IMG/VR virus record: IMGVR_UViG_3300043449_001907
Location: 1,694-65,693 of that record
Direction: 5' to 3' (one strand)
DNA length: 64,000 nt
Source: a virus
Lineage: Duplodnaviria > Caudoviricetes
Shown: one piece after another, positions 55,552-64,000 of the stretch
Numbering within the stretch: position 1 is the stretch's first letter
How the letters are laid out: the number at the start of each line of letters is the position of its first letter
Made by a program: the position numbers and the translations under genes
Notes under the pieces: generated by a model
The model's database searches: none
Seen by the model: only the letters and a program-made list of their open reading frames with translations
What the model was told of the DNA's origin: nothing

Positions 55552-57081
55552 TTAGAAATCGCTCTCTAAAAGAATCCTTCCCCATGAATCATTTCCAGTA
55601 GCAATAAATAAGTATCTTCCACTTACAGAATATTCTCCAATAACACCACTAGAAAGCGCATTTTCTGGAGGATTTACATAGTTTAAGAAATAACCAGTTT
55701 GACCAGTAGTAAGAAATGCGCCAGTTTGACTTTTTAAAACATAATTTCCAGAAACATCTTCTGTGGTTGGAATTTCTTTCCATTGTCCAGACTGAACAAG
55801 TAAAAGTTTTTGTCCAGAAGCTCCTGTTTGATATATTAAACCACCATCGAATGTTGTATTTTGTGGAGAGGCATTCCCTGAATAAAATAATCCAGTTCTT
55901 GTTTCAAAATCTAAAACAGGAGGAACCCCAAATCCATAATTTAAAAGATCAATTTCCTGTTTTAAATAAGCTGGAACTCCAGAAGCGTACACATAACCAG
56001 TTCCAAAATCATCATAAGGAACAAACTGATAATAAATAACTTGATTATTTGGAACTTCTGAAGCAAAAATTGAAAATGTTTGACCTTGAGCGTTTTGTAA
56101 AAACGAAATATTCTTAAATAATAAAAATCCACTTAATGAATACCCGCTTACGCTAGGACTAGAACCAGTATAAATATCAACACTTCTAGGAATATAATTC
56201 GTTACAGCATCATCGCTAAAAGTAATTTCAAAAATAACTTGACCAGTTAAACCAGAAAGATTGCCAGTAGAATAATCAGAAACAATAACATCAGATATTT
56301 GAGCAGGTAAATGATAAACTGTTGCTAAAACAGAATTTTCTAAACCTTCATTTAAAACATTAAATAAAATATCATAATATCTTTGCGCTCCACTAGAACC
56401 AAAATAAGAAGCATTCTCAGTTTTGAGAAAAGAGAATTGAAGAGATTGCTGGTTAGTTTTAAAATCACCAGTTACTAGATATGGAGATACATTACCAACT
56501 GTTGCACCAGTAGTATATAAAGAAGTTCTATAGGAGAATTCAGCAAGACCCTGAGCTAATTGCAATTCATTATCAATAACATTATCATAAACATCTTGAT
56601 ACTGAAGAGTAACTGATAAATCTTTAGTCGGGGAAACAATAAATGCCGTTCCCGTTCCAATTGAAGAATCAGACGGATTAAATGAATTAATAGTTGCTGG
56701 ATATGCTGGTGGTGCTGGTACTGGAGGTATCGGCGGAGTCGGAGGTATTGGCGTTGGCGGCGGCGTAGGCGGTGTAGGCGGCGTTGGCGGTGTAGGCGGC
56801 GTTGGCGGTGTAGGCGGCGTTGGCGGTGTAGGCGGCGTTGGCGGTGTAGGCGGAGTCGGAGTTGTAGGCGGCGGCGTAGGCGGCGTAGGCGGCGTTGGCG
56901 GCGTTGGCGGTGTTGGCGGAGTCGGAGTCGGAGTTGTAGGCGGCGGCGTAGGCGGCGTAGGCGGCGTTGGCGGCGTTGGCGGTGTTGGCGGAGTCGGAGT
57001 TGTAGGCGGCGGCGTAGGCGGCGTAGGCGGCGTAGGCGGTGTTGGCGGTGTAGGCGGTGTAGGCGGTGTTGGGGTTGGCAT
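55552..57081 (-). CDS. Tail-associated structural protein with an N-terminal (Pro-Pro-Thr)n array
   Basis: About 110 N-terminal residues are almost only Pro and Thr; Ig/FN3-like core; C-terminal GRYLFIATGNDSWGRILL is fibre-like; sits directly after gpJ. Confidence 0.7.
   Translation of the reverse strand: MPTPTPPTPPTPPTPPTPPTPPTPPPTTPTPPTPPTPPTPPTPPTPPPTTPTPTPPTPPTPPTPPTPPTPPPTTPTPPTPPTPPTPPTPPTPPTPPTPPTPPTPPTPPPTPIPPTPPIPPVPAPPAYPATINSFNPSDSSIGTGTAFIVSPTKDLSVTLQYQDVYDNVIDNELQLAQGLAEFSYRTSLYTTGATVGNVSPYLVTGDFKTNQQSLQFSFLKTENASYFGSSGAQRYYDILFNVLNEGLENSVLATVYHLPAQISDVIVSDYSTGNLSGLTGQVIFEITFSDDAVTNYIPRSVDIYTGSSPSVSGYSLSGFLLFKNISFLQNAQGQTFSIFASEVPNNQVIYYQFVPYDDFGTGYVYASGVPAYLKQEIDLLNYGFGVPPVLDFETRTGLFYSGNASPQNTTFDGGLIYQTGASGQKLLLVQSGQWKEIPTTEDVSGNYVLKSQTGAFLTTGQTGYFLNYVNPPENALSSGVIGEYSVSGRYLFIATGNDSWGRILLESDF
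56715..57078 (-). repeat. GC-rich 9-nt VNTR encoding PPT repeats
   Basis: Units of ccgcc(a/t)ac(a/g); near-identical ~60-66 bp blocks at about 56862 and 56928. Confidence 0.95.
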
Positions 57082-57097
57082 GGCAGTATATCAATTA

Positions 57098-60000
57098 TTA
57101 TAATGAATTAATAGCAAAACCTTTAACAATTCCATTGCTTCTTTTAGGAGCAACATACGATAGAACTTTAAAAGTTTTCGAATGAGTGGCAGAAATTGGA
57201 TTAGGATAAACCCCAGTTTGAACAGCAGTTACTTTTAATGTGTAATTTCCAACTTCACCTTGGTCTTCAAATAAGACAGAATTTCCTGTTGTTTGAATTT
57301 TTGTGCTTTTGTATTTGGGAGAAATTAATTCCACATTGTAGGAATTTGCACCATCAACAGATTGCCACTGTCCAGTAATATCTACAACATCATTTTGAGC
57401 ATTAAAATTACCAGTAGTAAAAGTTGTAATAAGAGGAAATCCAGTAAGTTCATAAACAAACTGATTTGAGATTTTAGCGGCAGTTCCCTCATTTACAAAG
57501 GTGTCTCTAACCGATGGAAAATAATTAAAGAACTCGTTTAAACTTTCTCCAGCTTCAATTTCAGCAAATTTACCAGTGTCAAACTTTGAAGCAATGATCT
57601 CGTATTCGTTCAAATTTAATTCTTTGATTGACTGAATTTTATAAATTTCTTGCGCTGTATTTGCCAAGGTAATTGAGCAAGGAGTTCCAATTTTTACTTG
57701 ATCTAAAAGAGGTAATCCTGAATTAGAAATTCCTGTATTAAGGAGCATTTTTACTCCATAAGAACTAAAGTCATAACCTGTAGCGGTTAAGTTAACCGAT
57801 TGAGGAATATCTGTTTGATAAACGCTAGCAATGCTTAGTTTAGATGGACTTTTGGCAAGATCATAAAAATCATCAGACTGAAGCTTTCCAGTTGGCACAA
57901 GAATAGAAATTTGACCAGTCAAACCAGAAGGACTAAATGATTCTGCGGTCAAATCAATGTTTGTCCTGATAGCATAATTAGCCAAGTCAACTTCTAAAAT
58001 TCTTCCAACATGTCTTTTTAATGAACGAAGCTCATCATTGACAGCAATCAAATCTCCTGGCCTGCATAGAAGAGATTCTAATCCAGCAGAGAATTGAATA
58101 TTTTGATCTTCATTAATTGTTGAATAAATAATATGCTGACCAATGCGTTGCGCATGAGCGCGGCTAGTTACGCCAAAGGTTTGAGCAGAAGTTCTAAGAA
58201 TACCTCTAACTTTAATATCGTCAGGGTCTTCAACGTACTCGATTTTTTCTTTAAATAAATCGTCTCGATCCAAATAAGAAACTTCCACAACATTGTATTG
58301 AAGGTCTTTTCTACTGTTTGTATAAGTAAAAATACCGTCTCTCACATTAGAGTTATTAAAAAATGACATGATAGGTTTAAGCCTATCGTTTGTGAAATTA
58401 ATCTCAGAATTTGAATAGAACATATTGCCCCTGAATGAAGAGACAATAGATTGAATCATATCAAATACATTAGTTTTATCAGCGATAGCGCCGTTAAAAC
58501 CATAGCGAGGTTCTTTGCCACCATTTGCAGATGGGACACCAGTAAAAATTCCATCACCATCAACAGCATCACAATACCTGCCAATCTTATAAAGCTCCCA
58601 ATAGTTAACCTGTTCTGGAGAAATAAAGTTACCTAAACCATATCTTCTATTAGTCAAAAGATCAAAAAGAATCCAAACAGGATTATCAGTCCATGCTAAT
58701 TTAAATGTCCCATCCCAATTACCTTCATAAACTCTTTTTTGTTCTGTTGTTGCTTCTGCAAATTCAGCAGAAGTCAAATATCTTTTATCTTTACCGTTAG
58801 GAAGAAGAGGAAAATAATTACTAGGAACAAAAACCTTCTTAAATCTTGCGTCATAACTACGCGCAGGAATTTGAGGAATTGTTCTAGCATCTAATTTCAA
58901 ACCACAAATAGTTGAATAAGGATAAGAAAATGGAAGACTAACAACTTCTGTAACTTTTTCTAAGCTAATTTCTCTCTTAACAAGAGATGAATAACTTTCA
59001 TAGGTCGTTCTGTAAACACGAACAAATCTTAATTGATCTGGCTGATATGCTGGAAGATTTAACGGACTAGCTACACTTTTTTTATCGCCAATAATGAAGC
59101 GAGAATATTTAGTGATAATTTCGGCAGTATCATTTTCTCCACGCCCAATGTCAATTGTTACTGGTGTTTCAACCGATCCTTTAATTTGATATTCTCTTGA
59201 TTCAGAAATAATTTCGTTTCCCATTTTATCTTGATAGCCAACTTCAATTTTAAAATTAATAATTGATGGAACAGAAGTACCAGCTTCTACTGGATCAGCT
59301 GTTTTGTTAAATTTTAATAAAGTCGCATTTTTATGAGCAATATCTCTAAGCACTCTCACAGCAATACTTAAATAAACACTATCTACATTTGGATTATTAA
59401 TGATATGAGTCGTTGGAATTGCTGGTTCAGAAGAATTCGCTATATATTCTTTATTCCAATCACTGAATTTTTCGTTAATCGCGGAGCCTCTAGTATCATC
59501 ACTACCTTCATTTCTAATAGCGTATAATAAAGCTGATCCAAATAACGCAGCAAGATCAAAATCATTTAGATGATAAACTGCTTTATTAGCTTCATAAGTT
59601 ATATCGAACGCCAAAAAGCTATCTCTATCAATAATAAAACCATTGCCATGTGTTTCATCAATAATATTAACAGTAAATGGTGCAGTTCCGTTACTTTGAA
59701 TAGTTATCGTGGGACTAAATTTTAAATTCTCTAAATTAATATTAAAATATGCAGAAGTTACTGCGGAATTAGATATTGAATGTACAACATTATCATCTCT
59801 GTCTTTATAATAGAAATCTAATGATGCAGAGTATGTAAAATTTAAAATTCCACTACCATTTACGTTTTCTAAAACAACATTATCAAAATAATATTTTCCT
59901 CCTTTATTGCGAATATCAGTCAGTGAGCCAGAAACATACCCTAACCATGATTTAGCTGCCGCACCCACTCCAGTATATAAACCGCTGTTAGCAACTTTAA

Positions 60001-61237
60001 TTTCTTCAGCTTTGCTATCAGTAATTGTATCACTAAATGCATTTTTATCAATGCCTGAAATAGCTTCTGCGGAATTTGTATTAAAAACAGTGTCTAATGC
60101 ACTAAAATTACCTTTATATAAGGTTTGAATATTTCTTCCTTTCGCAAATGGGCCTCTCAATAACACTCCATAACTTTTATCGCTATAAGTTTTAGAAAAA
60201 GAACTTAAAGGTTTTTGCAATTCAAAACCATCTTTCAATTCCATGCTGGCATTTCCAATATTGTATTTGCTTCTTGGATTATATACTTTTAAATAATTTA
60301 AATATTTGATTATTGCATCAATTGAATTTTTTAAAGGAATTGCATTTTCCTTATAAAGAAAAATATAAATAGAACCATTCAAATAAGGATTACTAGATTG
60401 AGTATTTAAATTAAAATACGTTAAATTCAAAGACCTTTGTTGAGGCAAGAATCTGCGGTTTTGAATTTCTGTTGATTCTAAAGGAATATAAACTTGATTG
60501 AAAATATCATTTTCTAAGACAGTAACAGTATCATAACCATAACTTCCACTCAAGGCTGGGATTGAATTATCACTATTAAAAGAAAGCTTGACACAAAAAA
60601 ATGGATATTCTGAATCTAGTTTTTCTGGAGTATCAGGAAGTAGGTAAGACTGAACTTCTTTTACAGAATTAAAATTAAATTTAGAATTTAAGGTAACAAA
60701 CTGCTGATAATAAACATTTTGATAAGAAGCGCTACTAGAGTAAGATGAGAGACGATTTTTAATTACTTTAATATCATCATAAATACTAGTGGCAATGTCA
60801 AGCTTAGAATTTAAAACAGAATAGGAAATTCCAGAAACAGAGTTTTTTAATTGAGAAACGACATCGTTCGTTAAAGTTTTTTCAACAAATTGATTATTTG
60901 AATAAAAAACTCCAGAAAAACCTTTGCCAACAAAATCTAAATATCCAGTATAAATTGCATCGTTAGAATATTGAACCGTTTGTTTGACAGGAGTGTCTTC
61001 TAAATAAATTCCTTCAAATATACCAAAATCTTGAACATATTCACCACGATTATTAACTAAACCATCAATAATACCATCAGAAATAAGGTCAATACTTTCT
61101 ACATATTCATAAGATGAAATAGCTTGCAAATCACCTATTTTAGGGGGCTTCAAAGTTGGTGGTGGTGGCGGATCGGGTTTTTTTGGCCCACCAGCACCAG
61201 CTAAATTTGAGGAATATCTTATGGAAAAATGACTCAT
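57098..61237 (-). CDS. Tip attachment / central tail fibre protein (lambda gpJ-like)
   Basis: IDLISDGII.GL, YPYSTICGL, WTDNPVWILFDLLTNRRYGLG, EPRY.FNG, FGVTSRAHAQRIG and PGDLIAV. Confidence 0.92.
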   Translation of the reverse strand: MSHFSIRYSSNLAGAGGPKKPDPPPPPTLKPPKIGDLQAISSYEYVESIDLISDGIIDGLVNNRGEYVQDFGIFEGIYLEDTPVKQTVQYSNDAIYTGYLDFVGKGFSGVFYSNNQFVEKTLTNDVVSQLKNSVSGISYSVLNSKLDIATSIYDDIKVIKNRLSSYSSSASYQNVYYQQFVTLNSKFNFNSVKEVQSYLLPDTPEKLDSEYPFFCVKLSFNSDNSIPALSGSYGYDTVTVLENDIFNQVYIPLESTEIQNRRFLPQQRSLNLTYFNLNTQSSNPYLNGSIYIFLYKENAIPLKNSIDAIIKYLNYLKVYNPRSKYNIGNASMELKDGFELQKPLSSFSKTYSDKSYGVLLRGPFAKGRNIQTLYKGNFSALDTVFNTNSAEAISGIDKNAFSDTITDSKAEEIKVANSGLYTGVGAAAKSWLGYVSGSLTDIRNKGGKYYFDNVVLENVNGSGILNFTYSASLDFYYKDRDDNVVHSISNSAVTSAYFNINLENLKFSPTITIQSNGTAPFTVNIIDETHGNGFIIDRDSFLAFDITYEANKAVYHLNDFDLAALFGSALLYAIRNEGSDDTRGSAINEKFSDWNKEYIANSSEPAIPTTHIINNPNVDSVYLSIAVRVLRDIAHKNATLLKFNKTADPVEAGTSVPSIINFKIEVGYQDKMGNEIISESREYQIKGSVETPVTIDIGRGENDTAEIITKYSRFIIGDKKSVASPLNLPAYQPDQLRFVRVYRTTYESYSSLVKREISLEKVTEVVSLPFSYPYSTICGLKLDARTIPQIPARSYDARFKKVFVPSNYFPLLPNGKDKRYLTSAEFAEATTEQKRVYEGNWDGTFKLAWTDNPVWILFDLLTNRRYGLGNFISPEQVNYWELYKIGRYCDAVDGDGIFTGVPSANGGKEPRYGFNGAIADKTNVFDMIQSIVSSFRGNMFYSNSEINFTNDRLKPIMSFFNNSNVRDGIFTYTNSRKDLQYNVVEVSYLDRDDLFKEKIEYVEDPDDIKVRGILRTSAQTFGVTSRAHAQRIGQHIIYSTINEDQNIQFSAGLESLLCRPGDLIAVNDELRSLKRHVGRILEVDLANYAIRTNIDLTAESFSPSGLTGQISILVPTGKLQSDDFYDLAKSPSKLSIASVYQTDIPQSVNLTATGYDFSSYGVKMLLNTGISNSGLPLLDQVKIGTPCSITLANTAQEIYKIQSIKELNLNEYEIIASKFDTGKFAEIEAGESLNEFFNYFPSVRDTFVNEGTAAKISNQFVYELTGFPLITTFTTGNFNAQNDVVDITGQWQSVDGANSYNVELISPKYKSTKIQTTGNSVLFEDQGEVGNYTLKVTAVQTGVYPNPISATHSKTFKVLSYVAPKRSNGIVKGFAINSL

Positions 61238-61245
61238 AAATGAAG

Positions 61246-61863
61246 TTAAGTTAAAGCTGTTGAAATTAAGTTTGAATTTGTATTATCAATAAAAGCAGAT
61301 TGGTTAGTTGCTTTTTTAACTGAAGTATTATTAAATTCATCAGCTAGAGTCATATTTAATGGGAATGATTTAACAGTGGATTGAATTACAAAAGAACCAA
61401 CTTTTAATCTTCCATAAACAAGAGGAACAGGATTCCCTTGTTCTAAAATATTTTCTCGATTACTAAAAGCTAGAGAACGGCTAAGTGCTGAACTTGTAGC
61501 TTCTGCGCCAGGAATTTTGGGATATTCAACTTTTCCAGCTTGAACATAAGCATAAACAGCAGATGCGATTGAAACTATCAAACTCGCTATAGCAAATCCA
61601 GTTGGGCCGCTTCCTAAAATAATTGGTACAAAATCTAGTTTTTTGATCTTTTCATTACCAATGCTTTCATTATTTTTAACCCAACGATTGTTTACAACAA
61701 AAGTGTAATGAATATTTTTTTCTGCTAGTTTTTTAAGCTCAAGAGGAAAAGAGTCGTCGTTTGCCTCCATTGCCAACAATAAATCTTTTGGTTTAGCAAG
61801 CGCAAATTTATGCACTTTACCATACTTTTTAGCTAAAATACCATGAAAATGAACTTCTGTCAT
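61246..61863 (-). CDS. Tail assembly protein (lambda gpI-like)
   Basis: VHFHGILAKKYG beta-grasp-like N-terminus, FVPIILGSG and QGNPVPLVYG. Confidence 0.88.
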   Translation of the reverse strand: MTEVHFHGILAKKYGKVHKFALAKPKDLLLAMEANDDSFPLELKKLAEKNIHYTFVVNNRWVKNNESIGNEKIKKLDFVPIILGSGPTGFAIASLIVSIASAVYAYVQAGKVEYPKIPGAEATSSALSRSLAFSNRENILEQGNPVPLVYGRLKVGSFVIQSTVKSFPLNMTLADEFNNTSVKKATNQSAFIDNTNSNLISTALT

Positions 61864-62264
61864 AATAAACCTTTTACCTTGTTCAGAATATTTACATCTA
61901 CTTCGTGATTTTGAGGCTCATAAATTGCAAATTTTTGAGTTATAACAGAATAAACAATTGACGAAATACAGCACGCATCCGCATTAGCCTTATCTAAATC
62001 AGAAAACTCTGTATCAGAGTTAGGATGAGAGTGAAACAAAAAAAGCAATTCATTCTCTGATTCGAATCTTAAAAAATCTAATGGATCAACACAAAAAAAT
62101 GCGTTAGGTTCTGGAGAACGATTTGGCAAAATTTCAGCAACAAAATCGCCATCTTTCATTCCCACAAATCCGCAACACTCGATATTAAAATATCTATCAC
62201 TATGTTCTTTGAAGAAATCTAAAATATCTTTAAAATTACTTGCGGTTTTTGTAGGTAGCTCCAT
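61860..62264 (-). CDS. Tail tip protein, JAB/MPN domain only (lambda gpK N-terminal-like)
   Basis: ECCG..FHSHP....FSDLD JAB motif; start moved to the ATG at 62264. Confidence 0.85.
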   Translation of the reverse strand: MELPTKTASNFKDILDFFKEHSDRYFNIECCGFVGMKDGDFVAEILPNRSPEPNAFFCVDPLDFLRFESENELLFLFHSHPNSDTEFSDLDKANADACCISSIVYSVITQKFAIYEPQNHEVDVNILNKVKGLL

Positions 62265-63255
62265 ATTCGTATTTATCTGTTGCGGGAAATCCGCCAAAGG
62301 GCAGATAAGCATTTGTTTGGCTAGCGTTCAATGCGGCTGGAACAATATTATAAGATGTGTAGATTCCAGTGCTTGCTCCAGAATAGCCACTATAAGTTAT
62401 GCCAGTATTGGCAAATCTTTTGCGGCAAGCTGAAATTGTTTTTGAACAACCGTCCTTTTCCCAAGGAGAAGAGTCTAAGTTTGGATGATTGTTTTCTGAA
62501 CCTGTGTGATTGCTTTTACAAACATACCATGTTCTAAAGGGGTCTTTTTCTGTAGAAGTATAAATAATGTCTCCACTGTAATAGCTTTTTCCATAATTCC
62601 ACTCATTTTCAGTGGTTTGGAAATTAAATTGTCCAGTCGGAACGTGAGTAAATTGAACATCATTCTCTTGACAAACAGGAGCGCCAAAGTAATTGCAACC
62701 AAGACCCCGATACTGCCAGTAACAATATCTAGCCAGCACAAGTCTCCCAGGCACGGAAAAGTTCTCCAAGTCAAAAGGAGATGTGAGTTCAAACTCTACA
62801 AGTGTTCTATTTTCTTGTGTTTTCTGAGAAATAACATAAGAGTCTTTGCTGATTTCTGCGGTTGGGTCAGCAATGCCATAGGGGTTAACGCCTCCATCGA
62901 AATTTGCATCATCAATATATTTTAAGAAAATTTTAATTCTCTCTAGTCTTGCATGTTTAAAATCGTTCTTTCTTCTAAGAACCTGACTCATTACCAAGTT
63001 TTCATTGGCGATTCTGATTTTTGGGCGGCTAATTCGATTAAAAATGTTTGATTCAAAATCCTCAACCTCAACAGCAATCGGCAAATAAGGAATGCCGTTG
63101 AGAATAATCTTGCCATTCAAGCCATTTGAACAAGGATGAAAAGGAAAATAAGAATCTGGTTCATTCACCGTATCATAGTAGAGTTTATAAAACTCCAATA
63201 TCGCGGTTGGCTCCAAATCAACTAAATCATTGGAAATTTTATTGTTAATTGGCAT
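62236..63255 (-). CDS. Minor tail protein (lambda gpL-like)
   Basis: VEFELTSPFDLE, CYWQYRGLGCNY and DGCSKTISACRKRF..FGGFP (Fe-S Cys motif). Confidence 0.92.
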   Translation of the reverse strand: MPINNKISNDLVDLEPTAILEFYKLYYDTVNEPDSYFPFHPCSNGLNGKIILNGIPYLPIAVEVEDFESNIFNRISRPKIRIANENLVMSQVLRRKNDFKHARLERIKIFLKYIDDANFDGGVNPYGIADPTAEISKDSYVISQKTQENRTLVEFELTSPFDLENFSVPGRLVLARYCYWQYRGLGCNYFGAPVCQENDVQFTHVPTGQFNFQTTENEWNYGKSYYSGDIIYTSTEKDPFRTWYVCKSNHTGSENNHPNLDSSPWEKDGCSKTISACRKRFANTGITYSGYSGASTGIYTSYNIVPAALNASQTNAYLPFGGFPATDKYEYGATYKNRK

Positions 63256-63784
63256 GACTATAAATAATAACGAGTGTAACTATAAATTACACGAATTTTC
63301 GGGGGATTCCCTAGAACATCAACAACTGTTTGATTTGTACCTGCGTTTTTGCGCACGATCTCAGCCTTTGCCCCCAAAAGGCAGAACTTTTTCTGAACAA
63401 AGAAAAGAATCTGAGGCTTATTTTTCTAAACTAGTCGAGACAAATAAAATCATCTTCGCAACACAAAACAGTAAAATTATTGGTTTTATTTCTTTTGATT
63501 TTGGTTTAAAAACCTTGCATATACCAGAAACACTGACAGCTTTTATTCAATCAAAGCCGCAGTCTCAATATTGCGAATTCGTTTTTGCAGCATCAGATTC
63601 AAACCTTCTCTTGCTAAAAGAAGCTGCTCATGGTATTTTTCAGTTGCTAAAACAAAAGTATCAAGTACTATATATCGTGGGCAATATTAATCGCGAACAC
63701 AAGAAAAACAAATACATAAAAACCATTCAAAGAATTTTTGGTTTCAAAGTTTTCCAAGATTTTGCCTATTATGAAGTACCGTAA
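63254..63784 (+). CDS. Hypothetical protein, possible GNAT-like fold
   Basis: KIIFAT..KIIGFISF..YCEFVFAA; start uncertain (ATG at 63254). Confidence 0.5.
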   Translation: MTINNNECNYKLHEFSGDSLEHQQLFDLYLRFCARSQPLPPKGRTFSEQRKESEAYFSKLVETNKIIFATQNSKIIGFISFDFGLKTLHIPETLTAFIQSKPQSQYCEFVFAASDSNLLLLKEAAHGIFQLLKQKYQVLYIVGNINREHKKNKYIKTIQRIFGFKVFQDFAYYEVP

Positions 63785-64000
63785 TCGTTTTGACAGAACA
63801 GGAGAGTGTTCTGAAAAAGGACATGATGCAGAAAGCTTGTTTATTTCAATTGCGGAAAAACAAGGCTGGAAAACTGTCAAAGCAGATCGCAAGCAACAAT
63901 TATCACATATTGATGTTTTTCTGTCCAAGGAGAGTTACCCAACCTACTCTATAGACATTAAAGCAAGAAAAAAAATCAAAAGAACTGACGCTGAAACAAA
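63771..64000 (+). CDS. PD-(D/E)xK nuclease-like protein (partial; runs off the window and is absent from the ORF track)
   Basis: Hand translation MKYRNRFDRTGECSEKGHDAESLF..QLSHIDVFL..SIDIKARKKIKR shows the E / ID / DxK pattern. Confidence 0.7.
   Translation, partial: MKYRNRFDRTGECSEKGHDAESLFISIAEKQGWKTVKADRKQQLSHIDVFLSKESYPTYSIDIKARKKIKRTDAET

Noticed and set aside
56715-57078. Possible CRISPR array or telomere-like repeat
   Set aside because: Units are contiguous 9-mers with no unique spacers and lie in frame in a CDS.
56687-57094. Alternative-frame ORF rich in AYTA/NAA repeats
   Set aside because: It is the frame-shifted shadow of the stop-free 9-nt PPT repeat; TTG start, and no continuation into a domain.
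16727-61708. Intragenic GTGTAA copies (e.g. 16727, 39554, 57240, 61703)
   Set aside because: No start codon at the typical distance or wrong strand; consistent with background in AT-rich DNA.
1-64000. Stop-codon reassignment
   Set aside because: Conserved genes (nrdA/B, dnaB, dnaE, gmd, gpJ) are full length in the standard code and coding density is already very high.
1-64000. tRNA, rRNA or tmRNA genes
   Set aside because: Intergenic gaps are few and short, and no cloverleaf or T-loop (GTTCGA) context was recognised; a tRNAscan run would be needed to exclude them fully.

Overview
A gene-dense, AT-rich segment of a large tailed dsDNA phage (Caudoviricetes), read in the standard genetic code. 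I saw no rRNA, tRNA, CRISPR array or integrase. Layout: (1) 1-12.6 kb, + strand: a 2328-aa tape measure protein (TMP) and tail-tube / minor tail proteins. (2) 12.6-24.9 kb, - strand: an accessory and replication block with a GNAT, a Rad52/Sak-like annealase, five glycosyltransferase-like genes, a cupin, a 2OG-Fe(II) oxygenase, SSB, a sigma factor, dNMP kinase and dUTPase. (3) 25.2-51.1 kb, + strand: nrdB-nrdA, a second glycan cluster (GT, HAD-nucleotidyltransferase, methyltransferase, gmd), RecA, DnaB, DnaG, a GIY-YIG endonuclease, a Pol III split into three ORFs, a Clp ATPase, a kinase-like gene and a SET-domain gene. (4) 51.0-63.3 kb, - strand: lambda-like tail tip genes L-K-I-J and repeat-rich fibre proteins. 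Main leads: a PD-(D/E)xK nuclease-like cassette inside the TMP between two repeat modules; a possible proline-hydroxylation and O-glycosylation pathway aimed at Pro/Thr arrays in tail proteins; a GT9-like enzyme split over two genes; a recurrent GTGTAA promoter-like motif implying leaderless mRNAs; and a class Id-signature RNR. All annotations come from reading motifs by eye; no database search was run.
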